From assembly GCF_032444005.1 (NCBI RefSeq), contig NC_091283.1, positions 341,062,001-341,126,000 of the forward strand: a DNA stretch of 64,000 nucleotides. Direction: 5' to 3'. Under the pieces are notes generated by a model. That model did no database searches. It had not been told where the DNA came from and saw nothing but the letters and a program-made list of their open reading frames with translations. The number at the start of each line of letters is the position of its first letter. Within the stretch, counting starts at the first letter, position 1. This DNA is from Ranitomeya imitator. Lineage: Eukaryota. Position numbers and translations under genes: made by a program. This document shows, piece by piece, positions 1 to 11,600 of this stretch.

Positions 1-726
1 CTGCCTCCTGTCTGAGTCACTTGGCAGCCCTGCCTTTCCCACAAGTTGCAGAACAGGCTGAAGTTCCGCCCGATTATCACGGGGTGTAGCAGTTCCCTGA
101 CTTCGTGTGACTCCGTACATCGGCTCGTTTTTATCAGCACTCTGGCAATAGGGATGTTCTTGGCGTCCCCGTGGATACAGCAGATGCCCACATGTTTCCT
201 TGCGATCAACTGGTAGAGAAGTGTGGCCCTTATCAGGGTCACCAAACTCCCTGAGTCCAACAGTCGGGACACCAGTACTCCATTTATGGTCACAGGACCT
301 AACTGTGGCTCCTCTCTGGGCTGATACACACTGCAGGTGGGATAAGCGTAGTATGAGGAGCGCCTCCCAGGCCTGCAGTCCATCTGCTCAGAGGACATAG
401 GTCTATGGGCGGCTATGTGTCCGGGCCCGTGGCATCTCCAGCAGATCAGGTCTTTGCCAGCAGTCTTTGATAACCCCTCAGCGACTACTTGGGATCTTGG
501 ACTCTCCCCAGTGATGACTCTGCTATCCCTCTTTTGGGACTCTGGCTCACGCTGAGTACCCCAGTGGGGGGATGTCCCACCACCACCCGGCTTTCTCGAC
601 CATCTGGTACCTTTCTACGAGGCAACCCAGGTCTGCACCGGCCTGGGGAGGGAGTGAATAAATCTGTCCATGACCATTCGCTCAACCATCTGGGCTGGAG
701 TGGAGGACTCCGGCTGAAACCATTTC

Positions 727-1496
727 TGTTATGATTAGGTAATTCAGAACCACAATGGACCTTGAAGTTCAGAGCACACAAAGTGACCTGACAATAACCA
801 AAAGACATAGGACAAGCTCTGAGATGTGGGAACTCTGCTGACCGCAATCCCTAATCCTATCCAACCACACTAGAGGCAGCCGTGGATTGCGCCTAACGCT
901 CCCTATGCAACTCGGCACAGCCTGAGAAACTAGCTAGGCCTAAGATAGAAAAACAAGCCTACCTTGCCTCAGAGAAATACCCCAAAGGAAAAGGCAGCCC
1001 CCCACATATAATGACTGTGAGTAGAGATGAAAATACAAACGCAGAGATGAAATAGATTTAGCAAAGTGAGGCCCAACTTACTGAACAGACCGAAGATAGG
1101 AAGGATAACTTTGCGGTCAACACAAAACCCTACAAACAACCACGCAGAGGGGCAAAAAGACCCTCCGCACCGACTAACGGTACGGAGGTGCTCCCTCTGC
1201 GTCCCAGAGCTTCCAGCAAGCAAGAAAAACCAATTAAGAAAGCTGGACAGAAAAAATAGCAAAACAAAAATAACACAAGCAAAACTTAGCTTATGCAGAG
1301 CAGACGGCCACAAGAACGATCCAGGAGGAAGCAAGACCAATACTAGAACATTGACTGGAGGCCAGGAGCAAAGCACTAGGTGGAGTTAAATAGAGCAGCA
1401 CCTAACGACTTCACCACATCACCTGAGGAAGGAAACTCAGAAGCCGCAGTACCACTCGTGACCACAGGAGGGAGCTCTGCCACAGAATTCACAACA
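727..1496. mobile_element. Solo LTR inserted in the SCAN-like region of Gmr1 copy A
   Basis: TGTTATGA...TCACAACA termini (imperfect inverted repeat), flanked by direct repeat CATTTC at 721-726 and 1497-1502. Removing it restores the QKWFQPE reading. Confidence 0.87.
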
Positions 1497-1996
1497 CATT
1501 TCTGGACCAAATGCAACAAGTCAAACATCTGAGAGCTGGGAGGTTTGTCACCATAGTACACTCAGTGATGAACCCTTTGGGCTCTGACAGATATAGCGAC
1601 CCCTGAGCGTGCCAATATCTCAGTTTTTAACTTGGCATATTTCCGGGTATCCTGCCAGGCTAAGTCAAAATTAACTTTCTGAGGTTCACCCATCAGGGGG
1701 CCAGCATCTCTGCCCACTCCTCCAAGGGGAAGCTCTCCCGCTCTGCAACCCGTTCAAACACAGTCAGATGCCTCTATATCATCCCCTGAGGTCATCTTCT
1801 GCATGGCTTATCTTACCGCTTTCCGGACACACGAGTCATCTCCTTGATATGCGTGAGGGGCAGTTTCTCTGCTGCGGACATCTCCCAACAGGAGTTCAAT
1901 CTGCCTTTGTTGCTGTTGAAGCTGCTGTATTAGGAGTTTATTTTTCTCCTGCTGTACCTGCTGCTGCTGTTGGCTTAGGATCTGGTGCTTGATTAA

Positions 1997-2546
1997 AGGG
2001 AACCTGTCACCCCCCTCAGGCGTTTGTAACTAAAAGAGCCACCTTGTGCAGCACTAATGCTGCATTCTGACAAGGTAGCTCTTTTAGTTATGCTCCCTGC
2101 ACACGCTGAAATAAAGGCTTATAAAATGTGCCCCCTCATACCGTGAAACCGTCCCGGGGGTGGGTCTTTCCCCCCTAATCAGATGCAGCATAGCCGTCAC
2201 TGCGGGCCTGTGCGCGCCGGGCTCTGCCTCCTCTTGCTTCATTAGCGTTCCAGGCGCCTGCTCTGTAAGTATTTTTTTTTTCCGGGCATGCGCAGTTGCA
2301 GGCGCCAGGGACGCTAATGAAGCAAGAGGAGGCGGCGCCCGGAGTGACGGCTGTGCTGCGTCTGATTAGGGGAGAAAGATCCGCCCCTGGACGATTTCAC
2401 GGTATGAGGGGGCACATTTTATAAGTGTTTATTTCAGCGTGTGCAGGGAGCATAACTAAAAGAGCCACCTTGTCAGAATGCAGCATTAGTGCTGCACAAG
2501 GTGGCTCTTTTAGTTACAAACACCTGAGGGGGGTGACAGGTTCCCT
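1997..2546. mobile_element. T2-family (Kolobok-type) palindromic MITE
   Basis: TTAA TSD at 1993-1996 and 2547-2550; AGGGAACCTGTCACC...GGTGACAGGTTCCCT termini; nearly the whole element is an inverted repeat. It interrupts codons 4-5 of the copy A gag. Confidence 0.9.
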
Positions 2547-3317
2547 TTAACTCCTCCATTTTGTCTGACCATTGTTCTATCCATGTAGCCACCTTCACCC
2601 AGGACATATGGTTTATCCACCACTGCTACCCATGTTATATCCCTCAGAGAATTAATCTATTAGAGTAGTGACTATTTTTTATTCTACAGGCACTTTCCGG
2701 AAATTAGTACGCAGTGGATGTGGGAGAAAAAAATTTGCAAATATGCCATTTTATTACACAACACATAGTGCCCAGAATGTGTTTCAGGAGACGCACACTG
2801 TAAATTAAGTGGGTTCTTCTCACTATAGTAGTGCCAAATATATGGATGCTAAATGTAGTTTGGGCACATGACAAGGCTCAGAAGCGAGGGGGAGATTTCA
2901 CTTTGAGAGAGTGGTTATTGGTGGATTTGTTTATAGAAGCCATGTTGCTTTTCAAGAGTCGTTGAGCCACTAATAATATGGAAACCTCCGTTTTTCCGCT
3001 GACAGATGATGGACCTGAATGGGGACTTGTTTTTGTGTGATGAATAGAAATTTTTATTGGTATTATGTTCGTGTACATAATGTTTCTTTGTGGCTTTTTA
3101 TTCCATATTTGGGAAGCAGAATGAACAAACAGTTGAACACCACGCTCCACTGGTTCATCTTATGAGATTCTCTATTAGACTGTGAACTGTCATTGTATTG
3201 GTGAAGAATTCAATTTTTTACATAACTTGCCATTTTTACATACAGTTTAAATTAAAATGTTAACTGACATTCAAAGACATTTTATTAAAAAATAATAATT
3301 GGTTTATATTTTGACAG

Positions 3318-4237
3318 ATGACTGTACCAGCAGATCAGAGGAACAACGGACATCTTCAATTTTTAAATCAGATGATTTTGAGATCCCTCCTGATACTATT
3401 GTTGAAGTCAATGCCTTTACTCCAGATATACCATCATCCCTTCACAGCAAAGATCTGTCAAATAATCCTTTGAAACAGGTCCTGTCTTCTAATTCATTAG
3501 TGACAACTAAGGAACATCAGAATCGCAAAATAAGCATTAAAAACGGAAATGCTCCTCAATCAAATAAGCTATTTTCATGTTCGGAATATAGAAACCATTT
3601 TCCCATCGAAAAGTCTTTTCATAAACATCCAAAAATTCACACAGTGGAGAAAAGATTTCCATGTTCCAAGTGTGAGAAATGTTTTAAGCACAAATCATTT
3701 CTTGTTAGACACCAAAGAACCCACACAGGGGAGAAGCCTTTTTCCTGTTTAGAATGTGGGAAATGTTTTAACCAGAAATGGCATCTTGTTGTACACCAAA
3801 GAACCCACACAGGAGAAAAACTTTTTTCATGTTCAGAATGTGGGAAATGTTTTACACAGAAATCAGATTTTGTTAAGCACCAGAGAACTCACACAGGGGA
3901 AAAGCCTTTTTCATGTTCAGACTGTGGGAAATGTTTTAACCATAAATCAGATTTTGTTAAGCACCAGAGAACCCACACAGGGGAGAAGCCTTTTTCATGT
4001 TCAGAATGTAGGAAATGTTTTAACCGGAAAGCGCATCTTGATTGCCACCAGAGAATCCACACAGGAGAGAAGCCTTTTTCCTGTCCAGAATGTGGGAAAT
4101 GTTTTAATCAGAAAACAGTTTTGGTTACGCACCAGAGAACCCACACAGGAGAGAAGCCTTTTTCCTGTCAAGAATGTGGGAAATGTTTTAACCAGAAAGG
4201 TAATCTTGTTAAACACCAAAGAACCCACACAAGGTAG
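3318..4237 (+). CDS. Terminal exon of a C2H2 zinc-finger gene (XlCOF/XlCGF-like amphibian ZNF); upstream exons are outside the window
   Basis: Acceptor ttttgacAG at 3316-3317, phase 1 (G+AT = Asp, DDCTSRSEE...). One degenerate plus 7 intact CxxC-x12-HxxxH fingers with TGEKP linkers. TAG stop at 4235-4237. Confidence 0.9.
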
Positions 4238-4372
4238 AAGCCTTTTTCATGTTAATAATGTAGGAAATGTTTTACACTAAAATAAACTCTTTAACATCAG
4301 AGAAGTCACAAAGGGGAGAAGCTTTTTTCATGTTCAGAATGTTGGAAATGTTTTAACCAAAAATTGTATTTC
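4238..4372 (+). pseudogene. Decayed zinc-finger repeats downstream of the stop codon
   Basis: aagcctttttcatgt...gtaggaaatgtttt and ggggagaagcttttttcatgttcagaatgttggaaatgtttt continue the 84-bp finger period, with stops and indels. Confidence 0.75.
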
Positions 4373-4673
4373 TTAAAGGTGTTGTCCATTACTAGGACAA
4401 CACCTTGTAATTCATCATGTTTGTCCTGTTTCAAATAATAACACTCATAGTCGTTTTCCATGGCACCGCTCTTCAAGTGGTCTTGCCACTCACATTGCCA
4501 GGGTTCATGTGAGGTTGTTACATAACAGGAGCCCAGCGCCAAATCAATGCTGGCTTCACTGTTCCTGCCTTCGAATGTATTGACCATCAACAGGAAGCCA
4601 AGGCTGAGGCTGCTCTCTGACTTACTCTTATTGTTTGATAATTCCAAAAGTGGAGACAGTGAATCAAGTTTAA

Positions 4674-5306
4674 AGGGAACCTGTCACCCCGAAAATCGCG
4701 GGTGAGGTAATCCCACCGGCATCAGGGGCTTATCTGCAGCATTCTGTAATGCTGTAGATAAGCCCCCGATGTTACCTGAAAAAGGAGAAAAAGACGTTAG
4801 ATTATACTCACCCAGGGGCGGTCCCGCTGCTGGTCAGGTCGGATGGGCGTCTCCGGTCCGCTCCGGCGCCTCCTATCTTTCCATGACGTCCTCTTCTGAT
4901 CTTCAGCCACGGCTCCGGCGCAGGCGTACTTTGCTCTGCCCTGTTGAGGGCAGGCAAAGTACTGCAGTGCGCAGGCGCCGGGCCTCTGACCTTTCCGGCT
5001 CCTGCGCACTGCAGTACTATCCTCTGCCCTCAACAGGGCAGAGCAAAGTACGCCTGCGCCGGAGCCGTGGCTGAAGATCAGAAGAGGACGTCATGGAAAG
5101 AAGATAGGAGGCGCCGGAGCGGACCGGAGACGCCCATCCGACCTGACCAGCAGCGGGACCGCCCCTGGGTGAGTATAATATAACGTCTTTTTCTCCTTTT
5201 TCAGGTAACATCGGGGGCTTATCTACAGCATTACAGAATGCTGCAGATAAGCCCCTGATGCCGGTGGGATTACCTCACCCGCGATTTTCGGGGTGACAGG
5301 TTCCCT
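4674..5306. mobile_element. T2-family (Kolobok-type) palindromic MITE
   Basis: TTAA at 4670-4673 and 5307-5310; AGGGAACCTGTCACCCCG termini; near-perfect ~630-bp palindrome. Confidence 0.92.
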
Positions 5307-5733
5307 TTAAGGGAGCACTTGCTTTCGAAACACGTTTGGTATTCTATTAGTCTTTTCCCTATGTTCCCTATGATCCTTAAATACATTTTTCCTATATGGT
5401 TGAACCAAGAAAGAAAAAAGACTTTTTGATATGACTATATTGTAACTTTGAAAAAAAATAAAGAATTCATCATTTTAAACATGTCTTGGAATTGTGGAGT
5501 AGAAGCTGGATAAATCTTTTCCTTTCAAGTGAGAAGGGGTTGTCCAACATCAAAAATCCCACACAGAGAGAAACCATTATCATACCTAGAGTGTGAAAAA
5601 TAACTTACTGGAAAATGTTATTTTGTTGGCCATCAAAATTAACTCAGACGGGGAGACATACTACTTATTAAAAATTGTACAAAAACATAACAGATAATCG
5701 TATAATTAAATGAGAAATGGTCATTACGATGTA

Positions 5734-7381
5734 CAGTTAGGTCCATATATATTTGGACAGAGACAACATTTTTCTAATTTTGGTTATAGACATTACCACA
5801 ATGAATTTTAAACAAAACAATTCAGATGCAGTTGAAGATCAGACTTTCACCTTTCATTTGAGGGTATCCACATTAAAATTGGACGAAGGGTTTAGGAGTT
5901 TCAGCTCCTTAACATGTGCCACCCTGGTTAAAAAGGGACCAAAAGTAATTGGACAATTGACTCCAAGGCTATTTCATGGACAGGTGTGGGCAATCCCTTT
6001 GTTATGTCATTCTCAATTAAGCAGATAAAAGGCCTGGAGTTGATTTGAGGTATGGTGCTTGCATTTGGAAGGTTTTGCTGTGGAGTCAACATGCGCTCAA
6101 AGGAGCTCTCCATGCAGGTGAAACGAGCCATCCTTAAGCTGCGAAAACAGAAAAAGCCCATCTGACAAATTGCTACAATATTAGGAGTGGCAAAATCTAC
6201 AGTTCGGTACATCCTGAGAAAGAAGGAAAGCACTGGTGAACTTATCAATGCAAAAAAACCTGGGCGCCCACGGAATTCAACAGAGGTGGATGATCGCACA
6301 ATAATCTCCATAGTGAAGAGAAACCCCTTCATAACAGCCAACCAAGTGAACAACACTCTCCAGGAGGTAGGCATATCAATATCCAAATGTACCATAAAGA
6401 GAAGACTGCACAAAAGTAAATACAGAGGGTTCACTGCACGGTGCAAACCACTCATAAGCATCAAGAATAAAAAGGCTAGACTGGACTTTGCTAAAAAACA
6501 TCTAAAAAAGCCAGCACAGTTCTGGAAGAACATTCTTTGGACAGATGAAACCAAGATCAACCTCTACCAGAATGATGGAAAGAGAAAAGTATGGCGAAGG
6601 CGTGGTAGAGCTCATGATCCAAAGCATACCACATCATCTGTAAAACACGGTGGAGGCAGTGTGATTGCTTGGGCATGCATGGCTGCCAGTGGCACTGAGT
6701 CACTAGTGTTTATTGATGATGTGACACAGGACAGAAGCAGCCGAATGAATTCTGAGGTATTCAGAGCCATACTGTGTGCTCAGATCCAGCCAAATGCAGC
6801 CAAACTGATTGGTCGTCGTTTCATACTACAGATGGACAATGACCAAAAACATAAAGCCAAAGCAACCCAGGAGTTTATTAAAGCAAAGAAGTGGAATATT
6901 CTTGAATGGCCAAGTCAGTCACCTGATCTGAACCCAATTGAGCATGCATTTCACTTGTTAAAGACTAAACTTCAGACAGAAAGGCCCACAAACAAACAGC
7001 AACTGAAAACCACCGCAGTGAAGGCCTGGCAGAGCATCAAAAAGGAGGAAACACAGCGTCTGGTGATGTCCATGAGCTCAAGACTTCAGGCAGTCATTGA
7101 CAACAAAGGGTTTTCAAACAAGCACTAAAAATGAACATTTTATTTAAAATTATTTAATCTGTCCAATTACTTTTGGTCCCTTTAATAACAGGGTGACGCA
7201 TATTAAGGAGCTGAAACTCCTAAACTCTTCATCCAATTTTAATGTGGATACCCTCAAATGAAAGCTGAAAGTATGAACTTCAACTGCATCTCAATTGTTT
7301 TGTTTAAAATTCATTGTGGTAATGTCTATAACCAAAATTAGAAAAATGTTGTCTCTGTCCAAATATATATGGACCTAACTG
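5734..7381 (+). mobile_element. Full-length Tc1 transposon (family A, copy 1)
   Basis: TA TSD at 5732-33 and 7382-83; long TIRs starting CAGTTAGGTCCATATATATTTGGACAG; 1648 bp. Confidence 0.95.
6091..7128 (+). pseudogene. Tc1 DD34E transposase with a single premature stop
   Basis: ATG at 6091 (MRSKELSMQVK...), in-frame TGA at 6163-6165 (probably CGA>TGA), then open to 7128. WTDETK, QMDND and SPDLNPIE motifs, with 34 residues between the second D and E. Confidence 0.9.
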
Positions 7382-7383
7382 TA

Positions 7384-9180
7384 TGAGCAAACGTGCTCTG
7401 TGATACTCGGATATCACTTGAGTATCTGGGTGCTTGGAAATACTCGGTGAGCATTAGCCGTTGCTTGGATTTGAAGTTCGAATCCCCACTCCGCATGTTT
7501 GGTGTCTGTTACACAGCCAATAAACATGCAGGGGATTGCTTGCCAGTCACTGTAATTCCGTAGCTATCTTGGTAGTGGCATTACTGTGATTGGCTGGCAG
7601 TATTATGTAATCAGGGGTTATAAAAGAACAGGTGCCGCCATGCTCAGCACACTGACGTCAGTGCACAGCTCAAGGACAGTTCTTATTAGAGGAAGAGAGT
7701 GGTTGTACAGGTCTGTGTGTGCATAGTATAACAAATCGGAGTCCTGTAGTGATTATACTAGTGCTGAAGCTGAACCTTGTAAGGACTAATCTTGTGCTTT
7801 GTTTGCATAATATACATTCTGCATTTAGCATAGAGAGAGACAGTTGCATGAGCAGGGAAAGTGGCTGAATACTGTCTCTAGGCAGGGCTTAGTGCCTTGC
7901 AGTCCATTGCTAAATATATAGCAGCGGCAGTGGACCACAATCTTTTCTGGGGGGTGAAGAAATAGACTATAGCGTTATCCGTAGAGTATTATGTGCTTTG
8001 TGGTGCATTTCAGTGGTATATAACACTCCAAATAAGCGTTGACAAATTTTTCTGCATATAATTTGTCATTCATACATTTTTACGTTGTTTGTGTTACATT
8101 ATGGTGATAATAAACTAAAAAAAATGCTTTGACTGCTGCAGATGACCAATTTATGTTTTATCAAAAATGAACTTGGTTTCCAGAGACATAGAAATTCGAA
8201 AATTCGTAATGTGTGTGGTATGGAAAGGAGAAGTGGAGGTGCTAATGATGGAGGATATAGAGCAGATGTGACTACGCCTGTTGCTGAAGCACAAGAACCA
8301 CTCCCATCCACATCACCATGGTTTCTGTCCCACTTTGCAGGAAGGTAAGGTACACCACTTCTGAAGCCAGAACAGTGCAAACAAGTGGTGGGTTGGATAG
8401 CAGATAATGCTTCCAGCATGCTTGTCAGTACCACCCAGTCTTCCATACGGTCCAGTCTCACCAGCCTGGATCACTTAATCCTCACCTTGACCCTCCTTCC
8501 ATGTTGATTCCCAGGAGATTAGTGATCCCACACTAGGATACTCCGAGAAACTCTCTACAATATAATTTCTTGATTGTTGCCTCTCAGCCTGCATTGTCAC
8601 CTTGTAACTCTTGGAATTTCTGTTTAATGATGCACAAAACTTAGTGTACCCACATTTTGTCTAATGTGGAAGATGATTATGAGGCACAGTTGTTGACAAG
8701 TCAGGTTGTTGTTAAGTCACCAAGTCAGAAGGCCAGGATTTGAAAGTGGTGGATGACGAAGTCACTGACCCAAGGAGGCATGCAGAGCGAGACCAGAAGG
8801 GGGATGGATCAGCAGCACTGAAACAGGCAGAAAAAGGCAATGAGGTGGCCAGAGGGAGAAGCAGGCAACTGTTCCGTAGAGTACCGACACGTGAATTTCA
8901 CCATCTAGGATCTCCCCAGTCTGGGACTTTTTTAAAGAGCGTTCTGAGACCTGACCACTAAGAGCCTAACCACCATTAGCATGATTGAGCACATGTCATC
9001 TAAGTACGTGGCGCCTGGGTCCATGATTGGTGCCAGTGTGTGACACCACTGCCTCTTCTCCTGTGCTAGGTGCTTCCCAATTCCCTGTTCACAACACTGG
9101 TGCAGATGCCTCCTGTACTGCACATTATGATGCACTGCGAGCAAACAAGATCGCAGCTTTCCTGTGGCATAGAGAAGCAT
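7384..9180 (+). mobile_element. Old hAT-like element remnant with degenerate BED-finger traces
   Basis: SPVWDFFKE at 8913-8939 followed by KSLTTISMIEHMSSK resembles a deleted BED finger. The 7384-7650 segment resembles dispersed repeat sequence recurring near 31.2 kb. Boundaries are approximate. Confidence 0.4.
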
Positions 9181-10081
9181 CGCGCATTGAGGGGGCTCCC
9201 TGCGTGCTTCCCTGAGACCCTCAGAACAGCGCGATGTGATCGTGTTGTTTCGAGGGTCTCCTCCCTGCAGGCCCCCGGATCCAAGATGGTCACAGGTCCT
9301 TCCGGGTCCTGCAGGGAGGTGGCTTCTCAGTGCCTGCTGAGAGCAGGCGCTGAGAAGCCTCCTTCACTGCCTGTCAGATCGCTGATCTGACACAGTGCTG
9401 TGCAAAGTATCAGATCAGCGATCTGACTTTGTCCCAGGGTGGGACATCACTGTATAATGTAAAAAATATACTGTGTAAAAATATATTTTTCCAGGACGTC
9501 CCTCCTGACAGCACCATGGAGGACGTCCTCCTCCCCCTTGCTGGGACAGGAAACACGAGAGATTAAAGGCCATGTCCCACCCCCAAATCCTCAGTGCTTT
9601 TCCTGTCCCTGCAAGGAGGGACGCACGAGAGAAGCTGCGCAAGCTTATCGGAGCTCAGGGGGATCGTACGGCTTGCCAATACCCTTCCCCCTGTCAAGAG
9701 GCTCAGGGCAGAAAGTCTCCGGTGGGGAGTCCCTCTGCTCCAAAGACCAGGAGCAGGACGAGGCTCCTGGTGGCAGCCGCTCCTCCCAGGGGGAGGCTCT
9801 CAACTGCGGATGCGACTCCATGGGGCAGCGGGTCACGGCATCCCGCTCTGACCAGCGTCTTCCAGATCTCCGAGGGAACCGCGTCACTTCCGGTATCGCC
9901 GCATCTGGTAATTGTCACTTCCGGTGACGCTGTAAAAGCGGGGAAGTGCGTGCGCTCCAGTGGTGGAATGCATAGCAGCACGGGCACTCCTCCACGGCGT
10001 TTGGAATCGCTGGACCTTTGGATTGCTGCTGGCGCCATGGAAGGAGACATGACCGGCAATGAAGGGGTAAGTGCACATCCA

Positions 10082-11600
10082 TCACAAAACCGTCCGGCGA
10101 CTCCCGCACGATAATAAATTTAAAACCTTTGAATGCCTGGGTCAGGTACAAAAGGTTCCGTATGGAATCCATTCGATCAGCAAATCACCTCATAGATCGG
10201 GACACCGTTATGTGCACTATCAATCTGAAGAGTGCCTATTACCAGGTTCCCGTCCATCCCTCATCTCAGAGGTTTCTGAGGTTTGCTGTAGCTCTGCCGA
10301 CCCGGACCTGTCACTACCAGTTTCAATGCCTTCCTTTCGGGCTTGCCTCAGCACCTCGTATATTCACAAAGCTCGTCTCGGAGATTGTTGCCTTCCTGAG
10401 AAGCCAGGGGATCATAATAGTTCCATATCTTGAAGATCGCCAGAGGCACTATCAGCCTACAGAAGCCGGACTATATCAGTAATGGAACAATTAGGCTGGG
10501 TCATAAACTGGCAGATATCCGACCTGATCCCGGAACACAGGAAGACCTTCTTGGGAGTGTGCCTAGACTCCAGAAGCAGAATATCCTTACTGCCCGAAGA
10601 CAGGCTGGAGGCAATCCAGATCCAGATCAGGCACCTATTGGAATACAGAGTTTCCATAAGGATGGCCATGAGAGTGTTAGGTCTAATGACGGCATGCATA
10701 CCATGCGTCAGATGGGCACAGCCACATTCAAGACCTCTGCAGAGATTGATCCTCTCCAATTGGGATCACCGACAGTCTTCACTGGATAGTGCCTTGATGA
10801 TAACAGACCCAGTGTGAAGGTCTCTTCACTGGTGAACACAGCCAGAGAATCTAAGAGTCGGAGTCCTATGGTCTACGTCCCCCTACGTAGTGATCACTAC
10901 CGATGCCAGCGCATGGGGCTAGGGAGCCCATCTAAAAGGCAGAATTCTACAGGGCAGGTGGCCAGAACATGTAATTCACAACTCATCCAACTTCAAGGAG
11001 CTGTATGTCGTCTGGGAGGCCTTGAGAAAAAACCGGCACACTCTGGCAAATCGTCATGTCAGGATACTATCCGACAATGTGACAACGGTTTCAATCCTGA
11101 AACATCAGGGAGGCCCGAGACACCATCCGCTCCAGGATCTGGTGGGAAGAATATTCCGCTGGGCAGAAAATTCGGTTCTATCCATAACTGCAATTCACCT
11201 GGAGTGCTCGCAGAATGTGATAGCAGATTATCTGAGCAGAAGGCGGGTGTGCGCAACAGAGTGGGAACTCAACCAGGATATCTTCCAGGAGTTATGCCTT
11301 CGTTGGGGAACTCCCAGTATAGACTTGTTTGTAACCAGAAGAAACTCGAAGGTCTCAAGATTCTTCTCTCTGAACCCATTGGATCTACCGGAAGGGGTAG
11401 ACGCTCTGAGCCAGGACTGGGAGGAACCTCTCTCATGCATTCCCACCTCTGGCGCTGATCACAGCCGTTCTCAGGAAGATCAAGGAGGAGCGAGCCCAGG
11501 TTATTTTGATTGTCCCATACTGGCCAAGAAGAAGCTGGTTCCCTCTGCTAGGGAACCTGGCGATCGAAAGCCCAATAGAGCTTCCTCTCCGGGAGTATGT
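10082..11600 (+). pseudogene. DIRS RT / RNase H / DAM-methyltransferase-like region (frameshifted)
   Basis: KPSGDSRTIINLKPLN, INLKSAYYQVPV, QFQCLPFGLASAPRIFTK, IVPYLED (RT); ILSDNVTTV (RNase H); WGTPSIDLF...DALSQDW and frameshifted HAFPP at 11434-11448 (MT domain). Confidence 0.85.

Larger units (their letters stand above)
1..2631 (-). mobile_element. Decayed Gmr1-like Ty3/Gypsy element, gag-protease part (copy A), running off the left edge
   Basis: After removing the nested MITE and solo LTR, the minus strand reads MEELIKHQILSQQQQQ... KMTSGDDIEA... HLVQKW|FQPESSTPAQMVERMVMDRFIHSLPRPVQTWV (SCAN-like), then CWRCHGPGHIAAH (zinc knuckle, ~400-455) and VTINGVLVSRLLDSGSLVTLI (aspartic protease, ~230-290). 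Stops and frameshifts are present. A degenerate tRNA-Leu-like PBS may lie near 2614-2631. Clearly homologous to 60.9-62.1 kb. Confidence 0.8.

Noticed and set aside
3549-4280. Overlapping alternative-frame ORFs (67, 174 and 75 aa)
   Set aside because: Shadow frames of the periodic C2H2 array.
4769-5211. Mirror-image ORFs on both strands
   Set aside because: A consequence of the GC-rich palindromic MITE.
5307-5340. Possible third hammerhead (agc-actt-gct, ttcGAAACacgtt) next to the MITE TSD
   Set aside because: The CUGANGA core is absent (ttaaggga) and no convincing stem I was found; too degenerate to support.
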